48,440 bases of DNA, from positions 1 to 48,440 of the forward strand of contig CAJUQF010000005.1 in NCBI GenBank assembly GCA_910588315.1, given 5' to 3'. A model generated the notes under the pieces. That model saw nothing but the letters and a program-made list of their open reading frames with translations, was not told the origin of the DNA and did no database searches. Shown in pieces: positions 40,772 to 48,440 of the stretch (position 1 is the first letter of the stretch; each line of letters opens with the position of its first letter). Source of the stretch: an uncultured Christensenellaceae bacterium (GTDB lineage: Bacteria; Bacillota; Clostridia; Christensenellales; Pumilibacteraceae). Position numbers and translations under genes: made by a program.

Positions 40772-42352
40772 ATGCCCAAGACCAACGACAGAGACGAATT
40801 TGTGAAAAAGCATCCGCACGTGATAGCGCGCGAAACGCCCAATAACTACGAGGCGGAAACCGCGCTTATAGGCGGTATGCTCATAGACGGACCGACGGCG
40901 TCTAAGTTCATGCCGCAGCTTAGTGCGGACGACTTTTATACGCCGGGACATAAATATATATACGAGGCGCTCGCAGAGCTTTTCAATGCCGCAAAGCCGA
41001 TAGATTTTGTTACCGTAGTAGGCGCTTTGGAAAGCAGCGGCACGCTTGAACTTGCCGGCGGAGTCGAGTATCTTTCCAAAATGATCGCCGCGGTACCGTC
41101 GGTTGCAAACTCCGATTATTATTTCGCGCTCGTTAAAAAAACGTCGAGACTGCGTGCGATCATAGATATAGCCAAAAAAATGGCGGACGAGGCGTACGCG
41201 CTCGATCCGGACGATATGGCGCTGACAAGAGCCGAAGCGTCGCTTTACGGGCTTGCGGAATCGACGCGGCGCGGCAAACCGGAAAAACTCGAGGGCTTTG
41301 TCAAGGAAGTGTTGGAAGATCTTAAACAGCGCGCGACGGAAACAAACGTTTTCCGCGGCGTTCCGACCGGGTTTTCAAAAGTGGACAATATCCTCGGCGG
41401 CGGATTCCAAAAGAGCGACCTTATCATCCTTGCGGCACGGCCCGGTCAGGGTAAAACGAGTTTCGCGATGAACTGCGCGGTAAACGCTGCGCGGCGCAAG
41501 CGTCCCGATAACGGTCAGCCTTATCACGTTGCAGTTTTCTCGCTCGAAATGAGTGCTGTCCAGCTCGCAAAGCGTATACTTTGCTCGGTCGGTAATTACG
41601 ATATGTCGCGCGCAAACCGCGCAGTCGTTACCGAATCCGAATGGGACAGACTGTATTCGGCACGCGACGAACTCAGCCGTGCGGGAATGTACATCGACGA
41701 ATCGGGCGATATCACGCCTGCGGAGATACTGTCGAAATGTCGGGCGCTTAAACATTCGAAGGGCTTGGATTTCGTAATGATCGACTACTTGCAGCTTATG
41801 CAGAGCGGCAAGCACGTGGACAATTTCGTGCGCGAGATTGCAGAGATAACGCGCGCGCTCAAGCTCGCCGCCAAAGAGTTGGACGTGCCTATTTTGCTTC
41901 TTTCGCAGATGTCGCGCAGTATCGAACAACGCAAGGGCGCGGATAAAGAATCCAAGCTCAGCGATCTTCGCGACTCCGGCGCGATCGAGCAGGACGCAGA
42001 TATCGTTCTTTTTATAGACAGAAAAGAAATGCTCGGCGCGCCGGAAAACAAAGGCGCGGCGTCCGAAGTATATCTGAATATCGCAAAACACCGTAACGGC
42101 GAGACCGGGAATGTAAAACTCATCTGGAATCCTTCGACAACGACGTTCCGGTCTGCGGACGACAACGGACACCCCGATCCGCCGCCGCAATACTACAACG
42201 GCAGAGACAGCGGATTCGAAGAATCGGTACCGGCGCCCGACGATCCGATTGCGTCGGTAGAACCGAACGATGCGCCGTGGGACGAAGAACCGCAGAAACA
42301 AATGTCCGCGGAAGATGCCGCCAGGCAGGCGGAGGACAGCGGATTGCTGTAA
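40772..42352 (+). CDS. dnaB: Replicative DNA helicase with acidic C-terminal extension
   Basis: AARPGQGKT, FSLEMS, IDYLQL, LSQMSR, LSDLRDSGAIEQDAD, IAKHRNG. Confidence 0.97.
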   Translation: MPKTNDRDEFVKKHPHVIARETPNNYEAETALIGGMLIDGPTASKFMPQLSADDFYTPGHKYIYEALAELFNAAKPIDFVTVVGALESSGTLELAGGVEYLSKMIAAVPSVANSDYYFALVKKTSRLRAIIDIAKKMADEAYALDPDDMALTRAEASLYGLAESTRRGKPEKLEGFVKEVLEDLKQRATETNVFRGVPTGFSKVDNILGGGFQKSDLIILAARPGQGKTSFAMNCAVNAARRKRPDNGQPYHVAVFSLEMSAVQLAKRILCSVGNYDMSRANRAVVTESEWDRLYSARDELSRAGMYIDESGDITPAEILSKCRALKHSKGLDFVMIDYLQLMQSGKHVDNFVREIAEITRALKLAAKELDVPILLLSQMSRSIEQRKGADKESKLSDLRDSGAIEQDADIVLFIDRKEMLGAPENKGAASEVYLNIAKHRNGETGNVKLIWNPSTTTFRSADDNGHPDPPPQYYNGRDSGFEESVPAPDDPIASVEPNDAPWDEEPQKQMSAEDAARQAEDSGLL

Positions 42353-42460
42353 AGATCGATCTTCGATTCGAATCGATTTACTTGACTGTTTGTGCTTTAT
42401 AGGTGTATATTATTAACGTATCGTCGGACGACAATACACAAAATTATCAAGGAGAGAATT

Positions 42461-43600
42461 ATGAAGAAAAGGTTTATCGCAACTATTCTCTGTGCCGTTA
42501 TGGCGGTTTTTACCGCACTGGCTTTTGTCGGCTGCGGCGGCAACGACGGCGGGGAGTATCACCCCAAAGATACGTTCTATAAGGGAACGGTTTCCGAGTC
42601 GAGCTACGAAACTACGAATGCGGCGGCGGAGGCGTTTATCTCCGAGCAGATAAGCGGCGATGTCACGGATGCAACGTTTGTCGCTTACGACAAAAAGTCA
42701 GATCTTACCGAGGAGGAGATCGCGGAACTTGTTATTCCCGAAACAGAGAAGGAAAAGATCGCGTCGGTAGAGAAAGGCGAGATCAAATATACCATAGCGG
42801 CGGAAAGCGGCGTACTCGCTTCCGCAGAAGAAAACGTCAAGCTGTACGTTATTATCATCATTCGCTATAACGACAATACATACAAGTATTATGCGCCCGT
42901 ACTAAATACCGGCGATCCGATTACGAAGGCGTATTACGACGAGGTTTTCGCAAACGAAAAGTATGAAAACTGCACTATGAAGGGTGTTGTCGGCGCGGAT
43001 ATTACCGCAAAGCAGAGCGGTATTACCATGACGGCCAATATGAAAATTACCACAGAAGGTAAGATCAATGACGAGTATATGTACGTTAAGGTCACTACTT
43101 CGTTGAATATGCTGGGGATGAGCAATAAGAGCGTAGTAGAAAATTTTGTTGTGTGGGACGAGAACATGAATGCAACAAAAGAGTTTACGAGAATCGACGG
43201 CGGAGAATGGTCGAGTCTGGGAAATTATTACGATGCGGCGCGCAGCAGTGTTGCGGACAATAAGTTATCGGCTATGCCCGCATTCGATTACTCGTACTTT
43301 CAAAAGACGAGTACCGGCTTTAAACTTAACAGCGAAAAGTTCGCGGCATTCTTGCAAGGAGTAATGGACGAGGTCATGGGAGATATGTCCGATATGATAA
43401 GCAGCGGCGTCAAAATCAACATTACAAAAGCGACGTACGACTGTTTCGTCGAGGACGGCAAAGTATCGCAAACCGTCATGACCGTCGCCGGTAACTATAC
43501 AGTTGACGGAGTGAATTGCACGCTCAATGAAAAAGTAACGCTCAAGTATTCGGACTTCGGTACAACGACAGTCACGATACCGAGCGACCTTGTGCTTTAA
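42461..43600 (+). CDS. Lipoprotein of unknown function
   Basis: MKKRF signal peptide, AFVGC lipobox, C-terminal YSDFGTTTVTIP; own TTGACT promoter and AAGGAG RBS. Confidence 0.85.
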   Translation: MKKRFIATILCAVMAVFTALAFVGCGGNDGGEYHPKDTFYKGTVSESSYETTNAAAEAFISEQISGDVTDATFVAYDKKSDLTEEEIAELVIPETEKEKIASVEKGEIKYTIAAESGVLASAEENVKLYVIIIIRYNDNTYKYYAPVLNTGDPITKAYYDEVFANEKYENCTMKGVVGADITAKQSGITMTANMKITTEGKINDEYMYVKVTTSLNMLGMSNKSVVENFVVWDENMNATKEFTRIDGGEWSSLGNYYDAARSSVADNKLSAMPAFDYSYFQKTSTGFKLNSEKFAAFLQGVMDEVMGDMSDMISSGVKINITKATYDCFVEDGKVSQTVMTVAGNYTVDGVNCTLNEKVTLKYSDFGTTTVTIPSDLVL

Positions 43601-43642
43601 TAAGAGCGTCGTAAATATAAATTTTATATTCGGTATAACGCG

Positions 43643-43670
43643 GAGCCCGACGATTTTTTGTCGGGCTTTA
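43643..43670 (+). terminator. Intrinsic terminator
   Basis: AGCCCGAC-gattttt-TGTCGGGCTTT. Confidence 0.7.
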
Positions 43671-44003
43671 AGTTATAAAAAATACAAATATAATATTCGG
43701 TGTGGATTTGGGAGTAATATTTTCGATGTAGTCAAAATAAATAAAATCGATATTACATGATCATGGAAGGGCAAATTATCAACAAAAAACCGGCAAAATA
43801 TTTTCGTTTCCGTACCTTTTGCGGTGAAATAATAATAAGATCAAATTAATGAATCTTTGATGTTTAGCAATAAAAATCCTTGTAGGGAATTTAATAATAA
43901 AAATAACGCTTAAACGATAAATCGTAAGCGAAATTTTTTGTAATTTATTATGGCTAATATTTCATACCGGTAATTCTTATAGTTTGATTTATGACCGGTA
44001 TTA

Positions 44004-44351
44004 CTATGCTCTCCAACCCATTTCCTTATATATACGTTTAATTTGTAAAATAAAAGAATCATCATTTCTGTCGGAACTCTTTATTGTTTTTAAGTCTGTT
44101 GTTGCCCATCTGAAAATTTGTTCAATGCTACCATAACCTCGTTTAAAAGCTTTGGCTAATAATAAACAATTTTCTTTCGTTGGCGCAAATGATAAAATAA
44201 CCTTCAGTTCATCATCAGTCCAAGGCTTGCCTTTATTTGATTGGTCATATTCAAAGTTCAATTGCTTCTCAAAGCAATACTCTTTTAATAATTTTTCTTT
44301 ATTATCAATTTGTATATTGTCCAACTCTGCAAATAATTCATCCTTTTTCAT
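44004..44351 (-). CDS. AT-rich accessory gene; small protein with Myb/SANT-like HTH
   Basis: GKPWTDDEL..LAKAFKRGYGSIE pattern; low GC. Confidence 0.6.
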   Translation of the reverse strand: MKKDELFAELDNIQIDNKEKLLKEYCFEKQLNFEYDQSNKGKPWTDDELKVILSFAPTKENCLLLAKAFKRGYGSIEQIFRWATTDLKTIKSSDRNDDSFILQIKRIYKEMGWRA

Positions 44352-44518
44352 GTTACTTTAGTGATTCTCCTTATAAAATAGAATGACTGACAAGATTGCG
44401 GTTCTTATCAGTCATTACGTGGTGGAACGGAAAGTCTTAAATACGCACACTACCATATACAAGGTTAACAAACTTGAATATTATTGTCAAGTGATATTGC
44501 CGTTGTCAGATTACCCGC

Positions 44519-45491
44519 TTTATGGCAAACAGTTAGTCGCAAGGGGCTAATTGTTCGCCGCTTGCCCGTTCCGCAGATATGGCTGTCATAGCATTCTTAT
44601 AGATACGCTTTGACAGCCTTTTTTCGTGTAATTCATTTTGAAAAAGGAGTGTTTATGTGTAAAAAATAGGCTTATAGAAAATGCACTGTATTGACAAAAT
44701 GAGTTTTTTATATTATACTTTCTAAACAACAAATTATATGGTTTTTCAAAATTTCCAATGGAGGTTAAATTCAGTTAAATGAAAAACAAACCACCGTATT
44801 CAAAAAGTAAATCTAATTTTTATGTCATAAGAGAAAATGATAGAGATATTGAAGTGGCGTTTAGATATAAAGAAAAATTGCCAGATGGGAAAGAGCAAGA
44901 AAATTTTAATGAACTAAATGTATTGCATTTTGTTGCTAATTCTTATATGAATAGTTGTATTTGTATAATAGAAAAAATTAAAAAGGGTTTACATAATAAA
45001 AAAGACGATATTATTACATTGTATTTGCCGTTAATGTTTTGTTTTAGACACTATTTGGAAATGAAATTAAAACTATTATATGTAGATTGTGCGAACGAAC
45101 TTTTTGATAAGGGACATAAATTATCTGATTTAAGAGATGCACTAAATGGAAAAGGATACATAGATGTAAATATTTTTAATTCGGCTATTGACTATATTGA
45201 AAATCTTGAAAATAACTATCCAGAGCATTTTCGTTACATAGTTGCAACAGACTACAAATTCACAGATAAGTTAATTATACCTAAAAATGTATGTGATGTG
45301 ATATTTAATTATATCAATCATATTGAAACAGCCGCGATAAATGCTCGCGTGAATAGTATGTCAACAAACAAATAGAAAAGTACAATTTTACGGCAAACAG
45401 TTAGTCGCAAGGGGCTAATTGTTCGCCGCTTGCCCGTTCCGCAGATATGGCTGTCATAGCGTTCTTGTAGATACGCTTTGACAGCCTTTTT
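44519..45491 (+). repeat. 105-bp direct repeats (44519-44623 and 45387-45491, 3 mismatches) flanking a cargo gene
   Basis: GGCAAACAGTTAGTCGCAAGGGGCTAATTGTTCGCCGCTTGCCCGTTCCGCAGATATGGCTGTCATAGC..GACAGCCTTTTT present twice, offset 868 bp. Confidence 0.95.
44779..45375 (+). CDS. AT-rich cargo gene, HEPN-like protein
   Basis: LPLMFCFRHYLEMKLK..KGHKLSDL..HFRY pattern; own TTGACA promoter and GGAGG RBS; opposite strand to element genes. Confidence 0.6.
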   Translation: MKNKPPYSKSKSNFYVIRENDRDIEVAFRYKEKLPDGKEQENFNELNVLHFVANSYMNSCICIIEKIKKGLHNKKDDIITLYLPLMFCFRHYLEMKLKLLYVDCANELFDKGHKLSDLRDALNGKGYIDVNIFNSAIDYIENLENNYPEHFRYIVATDYKFTDKLIIPKNVCDVIFNYINHIETAAINARVNSMSTNK

Positions 45492-45583
45492 GCTTGTTCC
45501 TTGTCGAGTGGTAATTCCGCATAGATATTTTTGCTTTTATCGTTAAAGTAAATGACCGTAATTCCGAGAGGTATATTATTCAT
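45401..45583 (-). CDS. Small hypothetical protein of the ssDNA-type element (60 aa)
   Basis: AAGGAG RBS; directly downstream of rep on the same strand. Confidence 0.7.
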   Translation of the reverse strand: MNNIPLGITVIYFNDKSKNIYAELPLDKEQAKRLSKRIYKNAMTAISAERASGEQLAPCD

Positions 45584-45638
45584 ATATAAAACTCCTTTAA
45601 GATAACCCCACCCAAGAGAAAACCCACCCTATAAGCCG

Positions 45639-46667
45639 TTAAAACGGCAAGTCGCTGTCGTCGTCAATAGGTACGAGCGAAAGCGGCTTTTTCAATTCGC
45701 CCGTATGCTTGTTTACGGGCGTATCTTTGCTTATGTCAAAATTATATACCGCCGTAATACGCCGTAGGAACGCCGCCCAAGTTTTCGGCTCGTCGTTTTG
45801 TATGTTCTTATATTGTTCGTTAAGCGGTATATTTGAAACGATATAAACCGTATCATAGCAAGCAACGCGGTTATAGTGTCGCCCTCGTATTCTTATCGGT
45901 TGCCCGTCCAAGTAGTCCAATATTTCCGAGATTTTGAACGAACTGCGGAACTCGTCCAAGAACAAAACCCTTTCGCCGTTGTAATCGTCCACCCAGCCGA
46001 ACTCATAATTTGTCGTTCGGTAAACCTCGTCATAGCCGTGTTTCTTAAATACATAACTTGTTTTGCCGCAACCCGCCGAACCGTATATATAGTAAACTTT
46101 CATATCACGAAAAACCCGCTTAAACTTGTTTTCTAAATGTGCTTGCCTAAATTCTTTTGCCCATTTCATAACCCTAATAAAACGGTTGCCGTGCTTTTTA
46201 GATAAGTCGTAAAAACTCATATCGTTTTCAATATCTCGCATTATGTCGGTTAAATCGGAGCGTTCGCCGTCCTCTATAAACTCGCCGCACTCGTAATATG
46301 TAGGACTTATTCTTGTTTCCTCGTCCATACAGTATAAGCGGGCTTGCGTTCGTTTTCCTCGTCGTGCCTCTATATGTGCATCAACGCCGATAGTATCTTT
46401 TGAAAGACATTTTTTAATCGTTGTAAACCATTTCGGTTGTATAAATTCGATATAACCTTGATAGTGTTCTGTTCCCGTTTCGGGAGCGCGTTCCCTTTGA
46501 AAAACCGCGTATCTTAAATCGGGTACGGCTTTTAAGTAGGTTAAAAATTCTTGCTCGTTCTGAACGGGGTTATTTACGGTAAAGCACCAATCACGCGCTT
46601 GCGTGTTTTTCTTTGTTTCGGTGTCTGTTTCTATAATCGAATAGTCGATTTTAACTTGATTTTCCAT
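45639..46667 (-). CDS. rep: Rolling-circle replication initiator of CRESS/circovirus type (HUH endonuclease plus SF3 helicase), 342 aa
   Basis: Motif I WCFTVNN, motif II EHYQG, motif III YCMDE, Walker A GSAGCGKT, Walker B FLDEF, motif C IVSN, Arg finger FLRRI; start MENQVK at 46667 after a GGGGGT RBS. Confidence 0.93.
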   Translation of the reverse strand: MENQVKIDYSIIETDTETKKNTQARDWCFTVNNPVQNEQEFLTYLKAVPDLRYAVFQRERAPETGTEHYQGYIEFIQPKWFTTIKKCLSKDTIGVDAHIEARRGKRTQARLYCMDEETRISPTYYECGEFIEDGERSDLTDIMRDIENDMSFYDLSKKHGNRFIRVMKWAKEFRQAHLENKFKRVFRDMKVYYIYGSAGCGKTSYVFKKHGYDEVYRTTNYEFGWVDDYNGERVLFLDEFRSSFKISEILDYLDGQPIRIRGRHYNRVACYDTVYIVSNIPLNEQYKNIQNDEPKTWAAFLRRITAVYNFDISKDTPVNKHTGELKKPLSLVPIDDDSDLPF

Positions 46668-46680
46668 AAAACCCCCAAAA

Positions 46681-46725
46681 AGTGTTACAGTGTTACGGGG
46701 TGGCGTAGGTAATACTATACGCCAC
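46681..46725 (-). other. Rolling-circle origin: stem-loop with nonanucleotide TAGTATTAC and two tandem 8-bp iteron-like repeats
   Basis: Minus strand GTGGCGTA-TAGTATTACC-TACGCCAC (46700-46725), then GTAACACT GTAACACT (46681-46696), ending 13 nt before the rep ATG. Confidence 0.88.
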
Positions 46726-46726
46726 A

Positions 46727-46750
46727 GCGCGGGCGGCAAGCCGCCCGCGC
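46727..46750. other. Second GC-rich perfect hairpin next to the origin
   Basis: GCGCGGGCGGC-AA-GCCGCCCGCGC. Confidence 0.75.
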
Positions 46751-46759
46751 CCGTTGCCG

Positions 46760-47083
46760 TCATTGCCCGTGTATGAGTTCTGCGGGCAGTACATATAAAA
46801 GCGTTTCGCGCTTGCGTTGTTTCCGTTGTTCTGCTTGCCGTTTGCGTTGCTCCCGTCGCAGTAGCCGAAAGTCTTTCATCAGTTCGCGCGTAACAAACTT
46901 TGTGTTCTTATTCAGAATACACATTTTCGCCTTGTAGTCTAAAACGGTGTCGTCTATGATTTCGCGGAAAAATCGCGGCGGCAGTTGCGTGTCGCTTTCT
47001 TTCATTGTCGCAAGTATGTCAATGTTCTCGAATATGACCGCAAGTTTTTCCTTGTGCAATTCGGTAAAGTCTAATTTGTCCAT
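46760..47083 (-). CDS. Hypothetical protein of the element with basic helical C-terminus
   Basis: Overlaps the ATPase stop with a GAGGT RBS; RREQRKRQAEQRKQRKR. Confidence 0.7.
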   Translation of the reverse strand: MDKLDFTELHKEKLAVIFENIDILATMKESDTQLPPRFFREIIDDTVLDYKAKMCILNKNTKFVTRELMKDFRLLRREQRKRQAEQRKQRKRETLLYVLPAELIHGQ

Positions 47084-47946
47084 ATTGCCGTAACCTCGTT
47101 ATTATCTTGTTTTTGTTCGTTCTGATTAAATAGCGGGTAACGCTCGCATCGCGCAAGCATAGCCGCCTTGTCGTTGCCCGTAAGCGTGGCAAGCCGTGTA
47201 TGATAATTGCCCGTCATACCGTAATAAAAGTATTCTTTGCCCGAATAACTGTCAACGCAAGCGTAAATATTGCCGTAGTGCGTGTATGCCGTTTTAACAC
47301 CTATTTTTGCGTTTCCGCTGTCTTTATAACGCCCGTATTGCCGAACGCCCGAAAACTCCAAGCAATGCCAAACTGTCTTTGTAAGTCGCCCGTGAAAGTC
47401 GTAATAATCTTGTTTGCCTTGTACCTCTATGAGTTTGTCGGAAAGAGAGCGAAAGCGTTTGTCTGCGCTATCGTCTATTTGCGTGTCAGCCCACATTTGA
47501 ACGCCGACTTTTCTTTGCCGTTCTATATAGCGCAGAAAGTAATCTGCAACCCGTTCGGCAGTCATTGACTTGCGACTGTCTAATTTGCTTTGTATTTCGG
47601 GCAAGAATATTTTTGCATACGGCAATAAATAGTCCACCTCGTGAACGCCGTCATATAGCCCGATTTTTTCAAATTGCAATTCCATAGATATGCGCGGTTT
47701 ATAGCCAAGCCCGCGCGCAATGAAAGTATCGTCAACGACATAGACAAGGTGTTGAACGTGCGGAGCAAGCGAGAGATTAAGCCAACCGCCCGCACGCAGC
47801 CGCGCTATTTCCTTGCGGCATAATTGCAAGTCATAGACCGAGCGCGGCGGTATCATATATTCGGTTGCAAAATGCGCGAGTAGAGTTGTTTTGCCAACGC
47901 CGCGCTCGCCTACGACATAAGTCAGATAATATGTTTTGTTTTCCAT
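47071..47946 (-). CDS. Zot/inovirus pI-like P-loop ATPase (morphogenesis/packaging type)
   Basis: N-terminal Walker A GERGVGKTT; IFLPEIQ (Walker B position); RQRKVGVQMWADTQ..DKRFRSL matches the Zot-family xRKxGxxxxxxTQ..D..R signature. Confidence 0.75.
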   Translation of the reverse strand: MENKTYYLTYVVGERGVGKTTLLAHFATEYMIPPRSVYDLQLCRKEIARLRAGGWLNLSLAPHVQHLVYVVDDTFIARGLGYKPRISMELQFEKIGLYDGVHEVDYLLPYAKIFLPEIQSKLDSRKSMTAERVADYFLRYIERQRKVGVQMWADTQIDDSADKRFRSLSDKLIEVQGKQDYYDFHGRLTKTVWHCLEFSGVRQYGRYKDSGNAKIGVKTAYTHYGNIYACVDSYSGKEYFYYGMTGNYHTRLATLTGNDKAAMLARCERYPLFNQNEQKQDNNEVTAIWTN

Positions 47947-48000
47947 AATGCCCCCGCAAAAAGATAGAGGGCGAGCAAACGCCCGCCCTCATAAATTGAT

Positions 48001-48429
48001 TTACTTGTTATTATTGCTATTGCGCTTGCGCCCCGTTGCGGGGGTAGGCGGTGCGGCGGGCGGTTGTGCCGCGCCGTCCTTTTGCAAATTGTTGTGTATG
48101 AAAAATGAATTGCGCTTGCCGATATTCCCCATATGTGCGTAGGCACTTTGTTGACCTTTACGGTACGACTGAATTTCGCGCGGGGTAAATTGCTTTGCGT
48201 ATTCCTTTTTCTGTTCGGTGGTATAAGGTACATATTGACCTTGCGCCGGTTGCGGCGCGTCCGTCATACTCATTTGTTCGGGCTTGTTGTTTGCCATAGG
48301 TTTATGCTCCTTTTTTTCGGTGTAGTCGGTTATATCGTCGGAACGCGACACCATAATGAGAACGGGCGAGCCGTCGGCGGCGGTTGCGTATGTTCCTTGA
48401 TAGCCTTGCGGTATTTTCGGGTTTGCCAT
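48001..48429 (-). CDS. Hypothetical low-complexity protein of the element (alternative start at 48297)
   Basis: Open frame on the element strand; AAGGAG RBS before internal MANNKP; Gln/Pro/Asn-rich with basic tail. Confidence 0.65.
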   Translation of the reverse strand: MANPKIPQGYQGTYATAADGSPVLIMVSRSDDITDYTEKKEHKPMANNKPEQMSMTDAPQPAQGQYVPYTTEQKKEYAKQFTPREIQSYRKGQQSAYAHMGNIGKRNSFFIHNNLQKDGAAQPPAAPPTPATGRKRNSNNNK

Positions 48430-48440
48430 AGATTACGCCT

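Larger units (their letters stand above)
43900..48440 (-). mobile_element. Apparently integrated ssDNA-type element (inovirus-like prophage or pCRESS plasmid) with cargo; left boundary approximate, continues past the window
   Basis: CRESS-type Rep, nonanucleotide origin and Zot-like ATPase in one co-oriented gene run against the local gene direction; AT-rich cargo at the junction. Confidence 0.8.

Noticed and set aside
43935..43975. dif/Xer site as integration target of the inovirus-like element
   Set aside because: TTATGGCTAAT is a poor match to the XerD arm, there is no matching left arm, and the region appears origin-proximal.
46668..46763. N-terminal 32 aa of the 374-aa Rep ORF
   Set aside because: This stretch is the origin hairpins and iterons; the RBS supports a start at 46667.

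Overview
Origin-proximal chromosomal region of a spore-forming, gut-type Clostridia-like Firmicute (inferred from gene content, not from a search). Left part (1-12.7 kb): an XRE-HTH gene with a palindromic operator, smpB, mnmE, a candidate oriC without adjacent dnaA, rsmG, signal peptidase I, a hydrolase-fold protein, an orphan parB with three parS sites, a ferritin-like protein, a PLD-family enzyme and about 3 kb of nearly gene-free DNA holding one small sigG-type peptide gene. Middle (12.7-29.9 kb): the full S10-spc-alpha ribosomal protein superoperon. Several of its normally tight junctions are opened by a family of covarying long hairpin repeats, which also sit in an FMN-riboswitch leader. 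Then housekeeping genes: DUF1706/ClbS-like, GNAT, MATE, ribU, DegT-like, ACT and UPF0210, pepF, dnaB and a lipoprotein. Right end (43.9-48.4 kb, running off the window) is the most striking part: an apparently integrated ssDNA-type element. It has a circovirus-like HUH+SF3-helicase Rep, preceded by a stem-loop carrying the exact circovirus/nanovirus nonanucleotide TAGTATTAC plus tandem iteron-like repeats. An inovirus pI/Zot-like ATPase lies in the same gene run, and the element carries AT-rich cargo including a HEPN-like gene bracketed by 105-bp direct repeats. All calls come from reading motifs by eye; no database searches were run.
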